Source: a virus
Lineage: Duplodnaviria > Caudoviricetes
Reading direction: 5' to 3' (one strand)
IMG/VR virus record: IMGVR_UViG_3300024346_000005
Length of the DNA stretch: 64,000 bases
The notes under the pieces are model-generated. The model saw nothing but the letters and a program-made list of their open reading frames with translations, searched no databases and was not told the origin of the DNA. Made by a program: the position numbers and the translations under genes. Positions 46,486 to 55,923 of the stretch are shown here, in pieces (position 1 is the first letter of the stretch; every line of letters begins with the position of its first letter).

Positions 46486-47181
46486 ATGGTAAATCCTAAT
46501 AGGTTTTATACTTACGCATATTTGCGTGAAGATAAGACACCTTATTATATTGGTAAAGGTAAAGGTAATAGGGCATATAAAAAGCATCGAAAAGGAATAG
46601 GTGTCCCAAAAGATAAATCGAGAATTATATTCCTCAAACAAAACTTAACCGAAGAAGAAGCATTTAGACACGAAATCTATATGATTGCTGTTTTTGGTAG
46701 GAAAGATTTGAGAACTGGTATTCTTCACAACCTTACAGATGGTGGTGATGGTGCTTCTGGATGGGTTCCAAGTGAAGAAACTAAAAGAAAACAAAGTGAA
46801 GTGAAAAAAGGTAATACTTATATGTTAGGTAAAACTCTTTCAGAAGAAACCAAAAGAAAAATGAGTGATACGCGAAAAGGTAAAACTCATTCAGAAGAAA
46901 CGAAAAGAAAACAAAGTGAGGTAAAGAAGGGTAAAACTTATTCGGAAGAAGCAAAAAGAAAAATGAGTGAGGCACATAAAGGTAAAACTCTTTCAGAAGA
47001 AACCAGAAGAAAAATGAGTGAGATACGAAAAGGTAAAACTCATTCAGAAGAAACTAAAAGAAAACAAAGTGAGGTAAAGAAGGGTAAAACTAAAGGTAAA
47101 AAGTGGTGGAATGATGGTTGTGGAAATTGTAAAAGGATGGTAGAATGTCCCGGTGATGGTTGGAGACTTGGAAGAAAATGA
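46486..47181 (+). CDS. GIY-YIG homing endonuclease with tandem NUMOD3 repeats (ATG 46486 preferred)
   Basis: [20 protein letters not shown]; about six SEET.RK.SE..KGKT units. Confidence 0.92.
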   Translation: MVNPNRFYTYAYLREDKTPYYIGKGKGNRAYKKHRKGIGVPKDKSRIIFLKQNLTEEEAFRHEIYMIAVFGRKDLRTGILHNLTDGGDGASGWVPSEETKRKQSEVKKGNTYMLGKTLSEETKRKMSDTRKGKTHSEETKRKQSEVKKGKTYSEEAKRKMSEAHKGKTLSEETRRKMSEIRKGKTHSEETKRKQSEVKKGKTKGKKWWNDGCGNCKRMVECPGDGWRLGRK

Positions 47182-47648
47182 TTGACTGGGACGCAAGATT
47201 TGCTGAATTACCGGACGCAGAAAAGGATAAGATTGCTCTGTTGAGGGTCATAGAATGCTCAAATGGGTGTATTCAACATAAGTTTCGTGATGAGGATGAG
47301 GATGCCTTATCAGTAGAAGAAAGCAGAGATGCGATGAAATTTTCAATGAGTGCGATAAAAACTATGGAAATCCCTTTGGGGGAAGAAGTGATTACATTTG
47401 CCCCTGAAACCGCAGAACTTTTTACTGAAATGAGACGATTGTATATCTCTGGTGTGAAACAGAATAATCAGGCAGATTATAATGAGTTTCTCAAAGGTTC
47501 TAAAGCAAATCTACTTGCGGTAGGTAAAGAACGCATCTTGGAAGCAAGACGACTTGCGTTTAATCATATTGACGAACTACCACCTCATACATTAGAATGG
47601 GGACTTGCTTATATCTTTAGTTTTGCCGAATGGATTCCTTATGACTGA
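47178..47648 (+). CDS. Hypothetical protein
   Basis: ATGA overlap with endonuclease stop. Confidence 0.75.
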   Translation: MIDWDARFAELPDAEKDKIALLRVIECSNGCIQHKFRDEDEDALSVEESRDAMKFSMSAIKTMEIPLGEEVITFAPETAELFTEMRRLYISGVKQNNQADYNEFLKGSKANLLAVGKERILEARRLAFNHIDELPPHTLEWGLAYIFSFAEWIPYD

Positions 47649-47671
47649 CTACCAACCAACACCATAAACAA

Positions 47672-47857
47672 ATGACTAAAAACCATACCATCGTAATAGA
47701 TATAGAAAACGCAAGAATTGGTTGTCCTTATTGTGATAAATGGGAACCTTATTTTGGAACCAGATATACAGATACGCAGTTCTTATGTGATATACTCTTG
47801 AAAGACCATTTGAGACGATTGGAGAATGAAAAATTTCTTATTGGGGATAAAGAATGA
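47672..47857 (+). CDS. Small CxxC protein
   Basis: CPYC...CD..L..H. Confidence 0.6.
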   Translation: MTKNHTIVIDIENARIGCPYCDKWEPYFGTRYTDTQFLCDILLKDHLRRLENEKFLIGDKE

Positions 47858-47978
47858 CTGAAGAAGAAACTCAAAAACTTATAAAAAAATGGAAACCTCT
47901 TTTGACTGCAGAAACATCCCCCGATGCAACTGTTTTACTTATTGAACCTATGGAAACACCAGTTAGTGAGGAAGTGAA

Positions 47979-48083
47979 ATGACCCACCCATCTTATTGTT
48001 GCCTTAAATGCGGAGAACAGATAGGATGGACTGGAAGGTTCTTTCAGTTCCTTCGTATTCCATTACATCGGTGTAAAAAATGA
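47979..48083 (+). CDS. 34-aa Cys-rich peptide (copy A)
   Basis: MTHPSYCCLKCGEQIGWTGRFFQFLRIPLHRCKK. Confidence 0.65.
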   Translation: MTHPSYCCLKCGEQIGWTGRFFQFLRIPLHRCKK

Positions 48084-48286
48084 CTGATATAAGAACCCAA
48101 CCATTCACAACTGACGCACTCACCATTCGGCAACTCAAAGAAATCTTGAGTGTTCTTCCTGATACAAATGAGTATGGTGAGGATTTTGAGGTGTGGATGA
48201 GTGTTGGTAATAATCTATCAAATGTGGTAAAATCTGTATGGTCGTTGAACTTACGAAACGACGGTTGTGATATTATTTTAGAATGA
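48080..48286 (+). CDS. Hypothetical protein
   Basis: ATGA overlap. Confidence 0.7.
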   Translation: MTDIRTQPFTTDALTIRQLKEILSVLPDTNEYGEDFEVWMSVGNNLSNVVKSVWSLNLRNDGCDIILE

Positions 48287-48567
48287 TGAACCCTTTACTA
48301 CAAAAATATGAGGAACTTTACGGAAAGAAAGAGAAACCAAAACTTCCAAGAATAGAAGATTATGAGGGTGAAGAAACATTCGCAGATGAACTGAAGAAAT
48401 CAAAACCTCCAACACTCAAATCTTATGACCTTGATGACTTGAAAACTTCTTTTCAACAAGTCGCAGAACAACTCCAAAATGATGAGGCACAGGTGATAAG
48501 TATGAATATGGAATTTGGAGACCATATGAATAAAATAACCTTTGAGGTTTATGTCTATAAACCTTGA
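48283..48567 (+). CDS. Hypothetical protein, paralogue of 54015
   Basis: DDLK.SFQQVA...AQV.SM.ME. Confidence 0.75.
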   Translation: MMNPLLQKYEELYGKKEKPKLPRIEDYEGEETFADELKKSKPPTLKSYDLDDLKTSFQQVAEQLQNDEAQVISMNMEFGDHMNKITFEVYVYKP

Positions 48568-48700
48568 AGAACTCCAAAAATACTTGGATGATAATAACAC
48601 CACACTTGAAGAGTATATGAGAGCAAATATGATTACTGATGAAGACAGAAAATATTTTGATAAGATATGGGTGGATGCGATTTATAAGAACTTTGGTGAG

Positions 48701-48757
48701 GACACTTGAACAACTGGCACAAGGGGACGCTCTGGGTGCCTCTGTTGGTGCTATAAT
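48701..48757 (+). promoter_or_regulatory. Promoter cassette
   Basis: GACACTT-N4-AACTGGCACA-30 nt-TATAAT. Confidence 0.8.
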
Positions 48758-48780
48758 ACTCTCATACACACAGACACCTG

Positions 48781-49110
48781 ATGATTGACCTTTCACAACT
48801 GACCGAAGAACAACTCAACGAACTTGAACTTCAAATCCAAAAGCATAAGGAACAACAGAAGTTAAAGGGTGCTTTGGAAAACCTAAAAGGTTATAAAGTA
48901 ACTTTTTATATTAGGTTTGACCCTGAAAAGCATAAGGATGATGATATGCTTACATATGATGGAGAACTTGACCCGAACATTTTTGCTGATTATCTGTGCG
49001 ATAATCTTGTTACAGACCTGATTAGAAATTTTGAATTGTATGGTTATGAGGATGTGAATTATCCTACTGTTGAAGTAGCAACAAAACAAGAAATTGAAGA
49101 GAAATTTTGA
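48781..49110 (+). CDS. Hypothetical protein
   Basis: First ORF after cassette. Confidence 0.75.
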   Translation: MIDLSQLTEEQLNELELQIQKHKEQQKLKGALENLKGYKVTFYIRFDPEKHKDDDMLTYDGELDPNIFADYLCDNLVTDLIRNFELYGYEDVNYPTVEVATKQEIEEKF

Positions 49111-49550
49111 GCAACTGAAATGACTGAACGCATTTATGAACTTGAGTGTGGAATCAGAAAACTCAACGGAGAATATTGAAATGAACCAAGCAAACAAGAA
49201 CTCATTTTTCTTTTATGTCCTCAAAGAAGGTGGTGGAAAAATTGACCCAAGAAATATAGAGTTTATGATTGAAGCACTCAAAGAATGGTTGCCTAATACT
49301 ATTGGATATCCAGACACCGACTATTCTATGAATGCTTATAAGTTGGGGCAAAGAGAATACAAAGAATTCATTATGAGGAACCTCAAATGACTGAAAACAT
49401 TCAAAAGTATCCAAATGTAAATCGTGTTGAAGTCATCTCAAGTGAGGGTGAAGAGTTTTTTTGGGATGAATGGGATGAATGTTCCCAAGTTCAGGTAAGT
49501 TTTCATAATGACGGAAAGACACTCAAAGTATTTCTCACGGGGAACATAAA

Positions 49551-49700
49551 ATGACTAAACACGAGATTGGAGCAACAATTGGATTTTATATTGTTGTGGG
49601 ATTGATGGGTTGGGCACTTGTATCTTTCTTTCCTCTTACTTGGGGACAGGCACTCATAATCTCTTGGATGTATAACAAACTTACTGATGTATTAGAATGA
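49551..49700 (+). CDS. 49-aa membrane peptide (copy A)
   Basis: MTKHEIGATIGFYIVVGLMGWALVSFFPLTWGQALIISWMYNKLTDVLE. Confidence 0.7.
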   Translation: MTKHEIGATIGFYIVVGLMGWALVSFFPLTWGQALIISWMYNKLTDVLE

Positions 49701-49882
49701 CTTCTATTCTCCAACAATACACTCTTGAAGATTTCGTAAAATGTCGTAATCAAAAGGAGTGGGTTTGTGATGAATGTAGAAAATGTGGTGATAGGGATTG
49801 TTGTTCTGGTAATCACATAATGTTTAGAGTTCCTAAAACTGATGATTGTCTCTGTTCTATTTGCTTGGAGAAACTGAAATGA
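49697..49882 (+). CDS. Cys-rich putative zinc-binding protein
   Basis: CDEC..C...CC...CLCSIC. Confidence 0.65.
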   Translation: MTSILQQYTLEDFVKCRNQKEWVCDECRKCGDRDCCSGNHIMFRVPKTDDCLCSICLEKLK

Positions 49883-50072
49883 AACTTTCATATAATCTCA
49901 AACAGTTTTGGTTGCGAAGATTGATGTGGAGATGGTGTTTTGATTGGTGGTTTAGAGTAATGTATCCTCACATTTATTATAGTGAATATGGTAAAAGGTA
50001 TGAGGAATATGTGAGTGATGATGATATGTTGTGGTTTTGGAACTATCTAAACAACTTTGATAATGAGGTATT

Positions 50073-50273
50073 ATGACTTTACTTGAAACACTTGAATACT
50101 TTCTCACAGAAACAGCAGCAGATATGGATGGTTTGTCTTGGGAAATCCGTGAGGAAACTAACTTTGAGGACAACAACATAGACCATTTGACTGAATGTTA
50201 TGATTTCAATAAAGAACTTTATGATAATCTCAAACAAATCAAATCCATTATTGAAGAACTGGAGGTATTATAA
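50073..50273 (+). CDS. Hypothetical protein
   Basis: ATGA overlap. Confidence 0.7.
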   Translation: MTLLETLEYFLTETAADMDGLSWEIREETNFEDNNIDHLTECYDFNKELYDNLKQIKSIIEELEVL

Positions 50274-50776
50274 TGTTTGGTATTGAAAAGGACTTCCAAA
50301 ATCTAATGGAACAAGTTTATGGCCCTCTTGAAAAGAAAGAACAAATGACTGAAATTGAAGAAGTAAAAGCACAAATCAAAGTATTGGAAAAGAAACTCTC
50401 TTTCCTTGAAGAACTGGAAAAAACAAAATCACCAGTAGAAGAAGCATATAAAAGAGTTTATGGTAAGTATCCTGTGAAAGATGTTAGTGAAGACCTTACT
50501 CCACTAGATAATTGGAATGTAATTTCTTGGGATGCTTTCCAGAAGGGTTATGATGCTGCTTATGAAGAGAAGGTGAAAGAAACCGCACAAGAACGGGGAG
50601 AACTCAAAACTCTTCATCAATTATTTCATGAAACAGTATGGATTGTACCTGATTGTGATGAGTTTTGTGGAATTGTAAAAGAATGGCTGTCTCAATACAC
50701 TCATAATGTGATGACTGGAGAATATTTGAAAGGATATGAAGAATGTCTTACTGTTTTGGAGGAGAACCTAAAGTAG
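50273..50776 (+). CDS. Hypothetical protein (KSPVEE family)
   Basis: KSPVEEAYKRVYG.YP motif. Confidence 0.75.
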   Translation: MFGIEKDFQNLMEQVYGPLEKKEQMTEIEEVKAQIKVLEKKLSFLEELEKTKSPVEEAYKRVYGKYPVKDVSEDLTPLDNWNVISWDAFQKGYDAAYEEKVKETAQERGELKTLHQLFHETVWIVPDCDEFCGIVKEWLSQYTHNVMTGEYLKGYEECLTVLEENLK

Positions 50777-50833
50777 TCAGTATAAATAAAAATGCTTATG
50801 TGTGTCGTAACCAGAAGCAACGAGTAGCATAAG

Positions 50834-50890
50834 GACACTTTCCAAACAGGCACAAGGGCACTTTACAGGTGCCTTTTTTTGATGTATGAT
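50834..50890 (+). promoter_or_regulatory. Promoter cassette with embedded terminator
   Basis: GACACTT-N4-AACAGGCACA, GGCAC/GTGCC-T7, TATGAT. Confidence 0.75.
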
Positions 50891-51059
50891 ACTTTCATAC
50901 ACAAAGGAACCCGATGACTGACAAACAAAAGATTCAATCCAAACTTAATGTATTGCACGAAGAGTTTGATACTCTTCAATCTCTTGGTGCAACGCATAGT
51001 GAATTGAATGCGGTGCGGAGGGAGTTAAACATTTACTATGAAATGTTGAGGAAACTACG

Positions 51060-51260
51060 ATGAAAACTTATTTGCTGATTGCTGGAGACAATTATTACCC
51101 TTCTGCTGATACTGGTGATTGGGTTGGGTGTTTCTCTACCTATGAAGAAGCAAAGGCACAAGTAGAACCCAAAAAAACCAAAGGATATACCGTAAATGGA
51201 CGGGATTGGGGTTGTGATTGGTATGAAATTGTTGATTTGAGAGACTGGATGAACCGATGA
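51060..51260 (+). CDS. Hypothetical protein
   Basis: YLLIAGDNYYP motif. Confidence 0.7.
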   Translation: MKTYLLIAGDNYYPSADTGDWVGCFSTYEEAKAQVEPKKTKGYTVNGRDWGCDWYEIVDLRDWMNR

Positions 51261-51442
51261 CGAAACAAGAACTCAAAGAACTTCTCACACCAGAGTTTCT
51301 TTCCACACTTCATAGTGCTGTGGAGTGTTGTGGATGGGATGTTGATATGGTAGAGAGTATGAACTTTTGTGATTGGTGCTATAATGTAGCAGGACAACCA
51401 CTACCAAAATATGATATGAGTTTTGATATGGAGGATGTATGA
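51257..51442 (+). CDS. Hypothetical protein, paralogue of 55567
   Basis: KQELKELLTPEFLSTLH.AVECC. Confidence 0.75.
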   Translation: MTKQELKELLTPEFLSTLHSAVECCGWDVDMVESMNFCDWCYNVAGQPLPKYDMSFDMEDV

Positions 51443-51642
51443 CTACCAAATGCACCTGTTCCTACATTCAAATAGGAACCAAAACTTCAAACACTCAAAA
51501 CCTCAATCCAGATTGCCCTTTACACGGAACTGATAGTGTGTGGCATAATAGTCCAGAACAAGTCAAAAAACGAGAGGAGAGGTCGCAACGACTTCGGGAA
51601 CTTTATGATACTGCTCGCAAAGCAAGGGAGAACTTGAAATGA
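51439..51642 (+). CDS. Hypothetical protein
   Basis: ATGA overlap; CTC...CPLH. Confidence 0.7.
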   Translation: MTTKCTCSYIQIGTKTSNTQNLNPDCPLHGTDSVWHNSPEQVKKREERSQRLRELYDTARKARENLK

Positions 51643-52388
51643 CTGAAACTATTCAACAACTCAAAGAGGATATTGCTATTCTCCAAGAGAAACTACAAAA
51701 ACTTGAAGAACAGCAACGAACAAAATCACCAGTAGAAGAATGCTACAAAGATTGGTGGGGGCAATATCCTGAATTAGAAACTGACTCCCAGTATGATGAT
51801 ACAAGGTGGCAAGGTTTCCAAGCAGGATATGAGTTTGCTTACGCAATCTCTACCGCAAAGGAAGTAATGGAAAAAGTTCAAGAAGAACAAGAAGATAATG
51901 AATGGAAATCTGTTGCTCTTCGTTTTGGTGAAAAGTTGAGTGGATATTTGAGTGATGGTTATTATGAACTTTCTCCTGCTGCTTGGTTTAGGTGGGCGGT
52001 ATTTACTTATGGGAAAGGACAACAAATAAAAGATGCTGTTCGTGAGAGTAAGAAATGGTGTGAAGAAAATCCAGATAAAGACCCATTAGATTGTTTGAAA
52101 CCTCAAACACCAGAGCAAGTTGCTGATGGATTGAAAGAAGCATTCAGGGAAGCAGTCAAGCAAGGTGTAGTTTCATCTACCAAACCACAAACTCTTTATG
52201 ATGTGATTGCTGACTGGTGGGATGATACATTCACCAAGAAAGAAACATCACTTCAGGAACTTGTGGATGCCATTGAAGAATGGTTGCCGAAAGAACAATC
52301 TGCCGCTGGGTCTCAAAATGCTTATGTTGAGTGTACTGTAGAAGGTTTCAACGATTGTCTCAATAAAATCAAGAGGAAACTACGATGA
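51639..52388 (+). CDS. Hypothetical protein (KSPVEE family), paralogue of 57079
   Basis: Shared N-terminus and QSAAGSQN C-terminus. Confidence 0.8.
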   Translation: MTETIQQLKEDIAILQEKLQKLEEQQRTKSPVEECYKDWWGQYPELETDSQYDDTRWQGFQAGYEFAYAISTAKEVMEKVQEEQEDNEWKSVALRFGEKLSGYLSDGYYELSPAAWFRWAVFTYGKGQQIKDAVRESKKWCEENPDKDPLDCLKPQTPEQVADGLKEAFREAVKQGVVSSTKPQTLYDVIADWWDDTFTKKETSLQELVDAIEEWLPKEQSAAGSQNAYVECTVEGFNDCLNKIKRKLR

Positions 52389-52621
52389 GATACCCACAAT
52401 ACGCACTTGGATTACTTACTGGATTTTGTCTTGCTTGTCTGTATTTTATGGTGCCTGCTATTCTTGAGAGTTTCAAACAACCAGAAGCACAAGCAGTTGC
52501 AGAACCAGTTGAGAAACATGGAACTTTTACAGTTGTCAGTGAATACAAAGGTTGTGATTTAGTTCAATGGCAATATAATATGCTTTCTGAATACAAATAT
52601 TTTCTCCACTGCCCAAAATGA
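52385..52621 (+). CDS. Membrane-anchored hypothetical protein
   Basis: N-terminal TM helix. Confidence 0.7.
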   Translation: MRYPQYALGLLTGFCLACLYFMVPAILESFKQPEAQAVAEPVEKHGTFTVVSEYKGCDLVQWQYNMLSEYKYFLHCPK

Positions 52622-52769
52622 TTGAAATTCAAAAGAACTACAAAATCACACTGGACGAAGAACAGGCACGACTATTGTATCATATTCTTGATGTAACTGA
52701 TAATGATAGGAGACAGGGATTGAATGGACTTTATAATGAACTGAAAGGCACTCTCAAAATTGGAATACG

Positions 52770-52991
52770 ATGACTGAATATACTGAATATACTTTTCCTG
52801 CTGATTACAATAAATCAAACACATATACTATCACACAACCAAAACTATCTAACTGGACTTGTTATGCGTTTGGTGGTGATGCTAGTTTTTCTCCTATGAC
52901 TTGGGTGCCACAAGAAGGTAAAGTTCCTAATGCTTGGGTAAGGTTCTGGTCTAAAGTATTTTTTGATTGTAACTGGGTGAAGAACAAATGA
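52770..52991 (+). CDS. Hypothetical protein
   Basis: ORF track. Confidence 0.7.
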   Translation: MTEYTEYTFPADYNKSNTYTITQPKLSNWTCYAFGGDASFSPMTWVPQEGKVPNAWVRFWSKVFFDCNWVKNK

Positions 52992-53188
52992 AAATCACAG
53001 CACACGAACTTGCAGTTATTATTGATACTTTCAACCACTCTCTAATGGTATCAAACTGGAATGGAGTATATACTCACAAGTCAAGGGAGAGGGTAAGGGA
53101 TTTGATTGCCGACATTATGAATGATATGAGTGTAGAGATTATCACAGACAAAGCAGAATTCACTATTGATGCTGACGCAGGTATTTGA
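52988..53188 (+). CDS. Hypothetical protein
   Basis: ATGA overlap. Confidence 0.7.
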   Translation: MKITAHELAVIIDTFNHSLMVSNWNGVYTHKSRERVRDLIADIMNDMSVEIITDKAEFTIDADAGI

Positions 53189-53189
53189 A

Positions 53190-53735
53190 ATGACTGAACC
53201 AACACTAAAAATAGGACCATCAGGATATAAACTCAATCCAGAGAAACTGAAAGGAGCACCTCAAAGTGTTCTTCCTTATATTCTTGGTTGTTTTTATTTC
53301 ACCGAAGATTATGAGTATTTTGATGTAATCAAAGATTATCTTGATATACCTGAACCTTGTAAAACTCTGGAAGAAATATCGCAAGAATTGGATGAGAAGA
53401 TTGATGATTTGATTGAGAGAACAAAGAATAGTTTTTATAAGTCAAAGTATATTGCTGAAACTTTGTATGATACAAAGTTCAATAGAATTATTGATAACTT
53501 TGAGTATGCGAAGGAACACGGACAATTTCCACCTAAACTTACATATTCTAACCTTATTGCGACTGGTAGTAATATTACTTCCAGTTTTGTGATTAAACAA
53601 GGAAATAAACACGAAGGATACTATACATTCGGTAATTGTAGGTCTTTCAAGTATTATATGCCGACTAAACCGAATTTTATAGTCCGTTTCTTTATGAAAA
53701 ATCTTCTTGGATTTTTCTGGGTGGATGAAAAATGA
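53190..53735 (+). CDS. Hypothetical protein
   Basis: ATG 53190 within track ORF. Confidence 0.7.
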   Translation: MTEPTLKIGPSGYKLNPEKLKGAPQSVLPYILGCFYFTEDYEYFDVIKDYLDIPEPCKTLEEISQELDEKIDDLIERTKNSFYKSKYIAETLYDTKFNRIIDNFEYAKEHGQFPPKLTYSNLIATGSNITSSFVIKQGNKHEGYYTFGNCRSFKYYMPTKPNFIVRFFMKNLLGFFWVDEK

Positions 53736-53917
53736 GATACTACGAAACCAGAACTTACGAACACCAAAAGGACTTTGATGAAAAGAACCGAGCACAAAAG
53801 TATCTCACAGAATACCGAGATAAGTATCTTCATCTCCGTAAGGAAGTTCGTAATCTTGTAAGAGAACAAAACCTTACTATCACTCCTGATTTTGCTAAAC
53901 TGATTGGATTGAAATGA
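53732..53917 (+). CDS. Hypothetical protein
   Basis: ATGA overlap. Confidence 0.7.
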   Translation: MRYYETRTYEHQKDFDEKNRAQKYLTEYRDKYLHLRKEVRNLVREQNLTITPDFAKLIGLK

Positions 53918-54018
53918 CCTACCCATCGTATTGTTGTCCTAAATGCGGGGATATGATAGGATGGACTGGAAGGTTCTTTCAGTTTCTTCGTATTCCATTA
54001 CATCGGTGTGAGAAATGA
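53914..54018 (+). CDS. 34-aa Cys-rich peptide (copy B)
   Basis: MTYPSYCCPKCGDMIGWTGRFFQFLRIPLHRCEK. Confidence 0.65.
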   Translation: MTYPSYCCPKCGDMIGWTGRFFQFLRIPLHRCEK

Positions 54019-54272
54019 CTAATCCACTAATTGAAAAATATAATGAAATTCACAATCCAAAACCACCAGAGCCTCCAAAACCAGTAGAGAAACCAAAACC
54101 ACGAAAACTCGCAAAATGTTATGACCGTGATGACTTGAAAGTATCTTTTCAACAAGTAGCAGATAAAATCCAACAAGGAAAAGCACAGGTTGCGAGTATG
54201 AGTATGGAAAGGGATGTAATGAGTATTATGCCTAATAAAATTATCTTTGAGGTTTATGTGGATGACTTATAA
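54015..54272 (+). CDS. Hypothetical protein, paralogue of 48283
   Basis: DDLKVSFQQVA...AQVASM.ME. Confidence 0.75.
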   Translation: MTNPLIEKYNEIHNPKPPEPPKPVEKPKPRKLAKCYDRDDLKVSFQQVADKIQQGKAQVASMSMERDVMSIMPNKIIFEVYVDDL

Positions 54273-54362
54273 AGATAAAGACATTATAAGATTAGCAAGA
54301 CACTGGGGAGCAACAGAAACCTACACTAGCATGATTTTTGAAACAATCCTTGAGGAACAGAG

Positions 54363-54418
54363 GACACTTGAGAAACTGGCACAGACACCCTCCACAGGGG
54401 CACCAGATGCCCTATAAT
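54363..54418 (+). promoter_or_regulatory. Promoter cassette
   Basis: GACACTT-N4-AACTGGCACA-29 nt-TATAAT. Confidence 0.85.
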
Positions 54419-54444
54419 ACATTCATACACAAGACAAACTCCAA

Positions 54445-54666
54445 ATGACTATTGAAATCACAAACCAAGTTCGTATTCAAGAATACGGAGATTATTGGTA
54501 TACGGTAGAAGACACTCATATTGATGTGGGATGCGATGGATGCACCATTTCTTATTGGCAGTTTGATAAAGAAAAAGGAGATAAACGAATTCAACATATT
54601 TGTATGGGAAATGTAGAAGCACTTGCTGTTGCTGATGCCATCTACAAACTCTTCAAGGTGAACTGA
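54445..54666 (+). CDS. Hypothetical protein
   Basis: First ORF after cassette. Confidence 0.7.
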   Translation: MTIEITNQVRIQEYGDYWYTVEDTHIDVGCDGCTISYWQFDKEKGDKRIQHICMGNVEALAVADAIYKLFKVN

Positions 54667-54667
54667 A

Positions 54668-54817
54668 ATGACTAAACACGAGATTGGTGAAACAATTGGA
54701 TTTTATATTTTTGTGGGATTGATGGGTTGGGCACTTGTGTCTTTCTTTCCTCTTACTTGGGGACAGGCACTCATAATCTCTTGGATGTTTAACAAACTTA
54801 TTGATGTATTAGAATGA
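54668..54817 (+). CDS. 49-aa membrane peptide (copy B)
   Basis: 144/150 nt identical to 49551-49700. Confidence 0.7.
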   Translation: MTKHEIGETIGFYIFVGLMGWALVSFFPLTWGQALIISWMFNKLIDVLE

Positions 54818-55336
54818 CTACCAAACTCGTTGATGATTATGTGAATTTCATTATGGATAGTATGTCTCAACAAATCAAAGAAGAAATGCTTTATGAGTAT
54901 TTGGTGAATGACTATAAGGATTTGAGTGAGGAAGAACTCACTCAACAAATCCTTGAAATCTATGGTGATGAATGGTTTAAGGAGAACACCTGAAATGAAC
55001 TACCTCTGCCTTGTTGATGGTCTTGTAGAATATGGTAGCACCAGTTTGAGTGATTTTGCTCACTATCAACTGGTGTATGCCGAAGAACACCAAGATGCTG
55101 ATGTTCAGTATCTCACACTGACTGATGAAGAGTATGAATCTATGTTTCCTGTGGAGGATGAAGATAATGGATAAAGAAGAACTCACAATACTTTTTATTA
55201 TTCTTGGAATACTTCTACTTTTCGCAATCCTTAACGGATTTGTTGTGAATTATGAGAAAACAGAATGTTTGAAAGAAGGTGGAAAGTGGGTTTCTGGTAT
55301 GATTGCTGGTAATTATTCTTATTTCTGTGTGCCGAA

Positions 55337-55567
55337 ATGACTAAAGAACAAATCCTGGAAGTTGCTGATGAGTTCCTTGAAGAATGGGAAGCAGAAGAGG
55401 ATGGAAAAACTTGGGTAGAATATAGTGGAACTGCTCAAGAAATCATTTATTTTGCTCAACAAATTCGTAGAGATACACTTTATGAAATCATTCACCTACT
55501 CTCAAATGTTCCTAATCCTCAAGCAAACCAAACAGCAATCAATCGTATTGAAATGGAGTTGAACTGA
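55337..55567 (+). CDS. Hypothetical protein
   Basis: ATGA overlap. Confidence 0.7.
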   Translation: MTKEQILEVADEFLEEWEAEEDGKTWVEYSGTAQEIIYFAQQIRRDTLYEIIHLLSNVPNPQANQTAINRIEMELN

Positions 55568-55749
55568 TGAAAAAACAAGAACTCAAAGAACTTCTCACAC
55601 CAGAGTTTCTATCAACTCTTCATACTGCTGTGGAGTGTTGTAATTGGAATGCGGATATGATTGAAACTATGGAGTTTTGTGATTGGTGCTATAATATGGC
55701 AGGACAACCAAAACCACAGTATGATATGGGTGTTGAGGGATATGACTGA
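55567..55749 (+). CDS. Hypothetical protein, paralogue of 51257
   Basis: Near-identical N-terminus. Confidence 0.75.
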   Translation: MKKQELKELLTPEFLSTLHTAVECCNWNADMIETMEFCDWCYNMAGQPKPQYDMGVEGYD

Positions 55750-55923
55750 ACGACTAAAATTCACACAAGTATCCAGAGTAATCTGCCCCAAGACAGGTAT
55801 TCATTATTTGGATGCGATTGATGAGTATGGGAACCACTGGACGGCACAACAGGAAACTAGTGTAGAAAAATGGATTACATATAAACAACTTTGGACACAA
55901 GACCCTCAACAACCCGTAAAACT

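Noticed and set aside
49551-54817. Diversity-generating retroelement (TR/VR pair) from near-identical gene copies
   Set aside because: Mismatches are not adenine-specific (A>T, C>A, G>T, A>G, A>T, C>T) and no reverse transcriptase is in the window.
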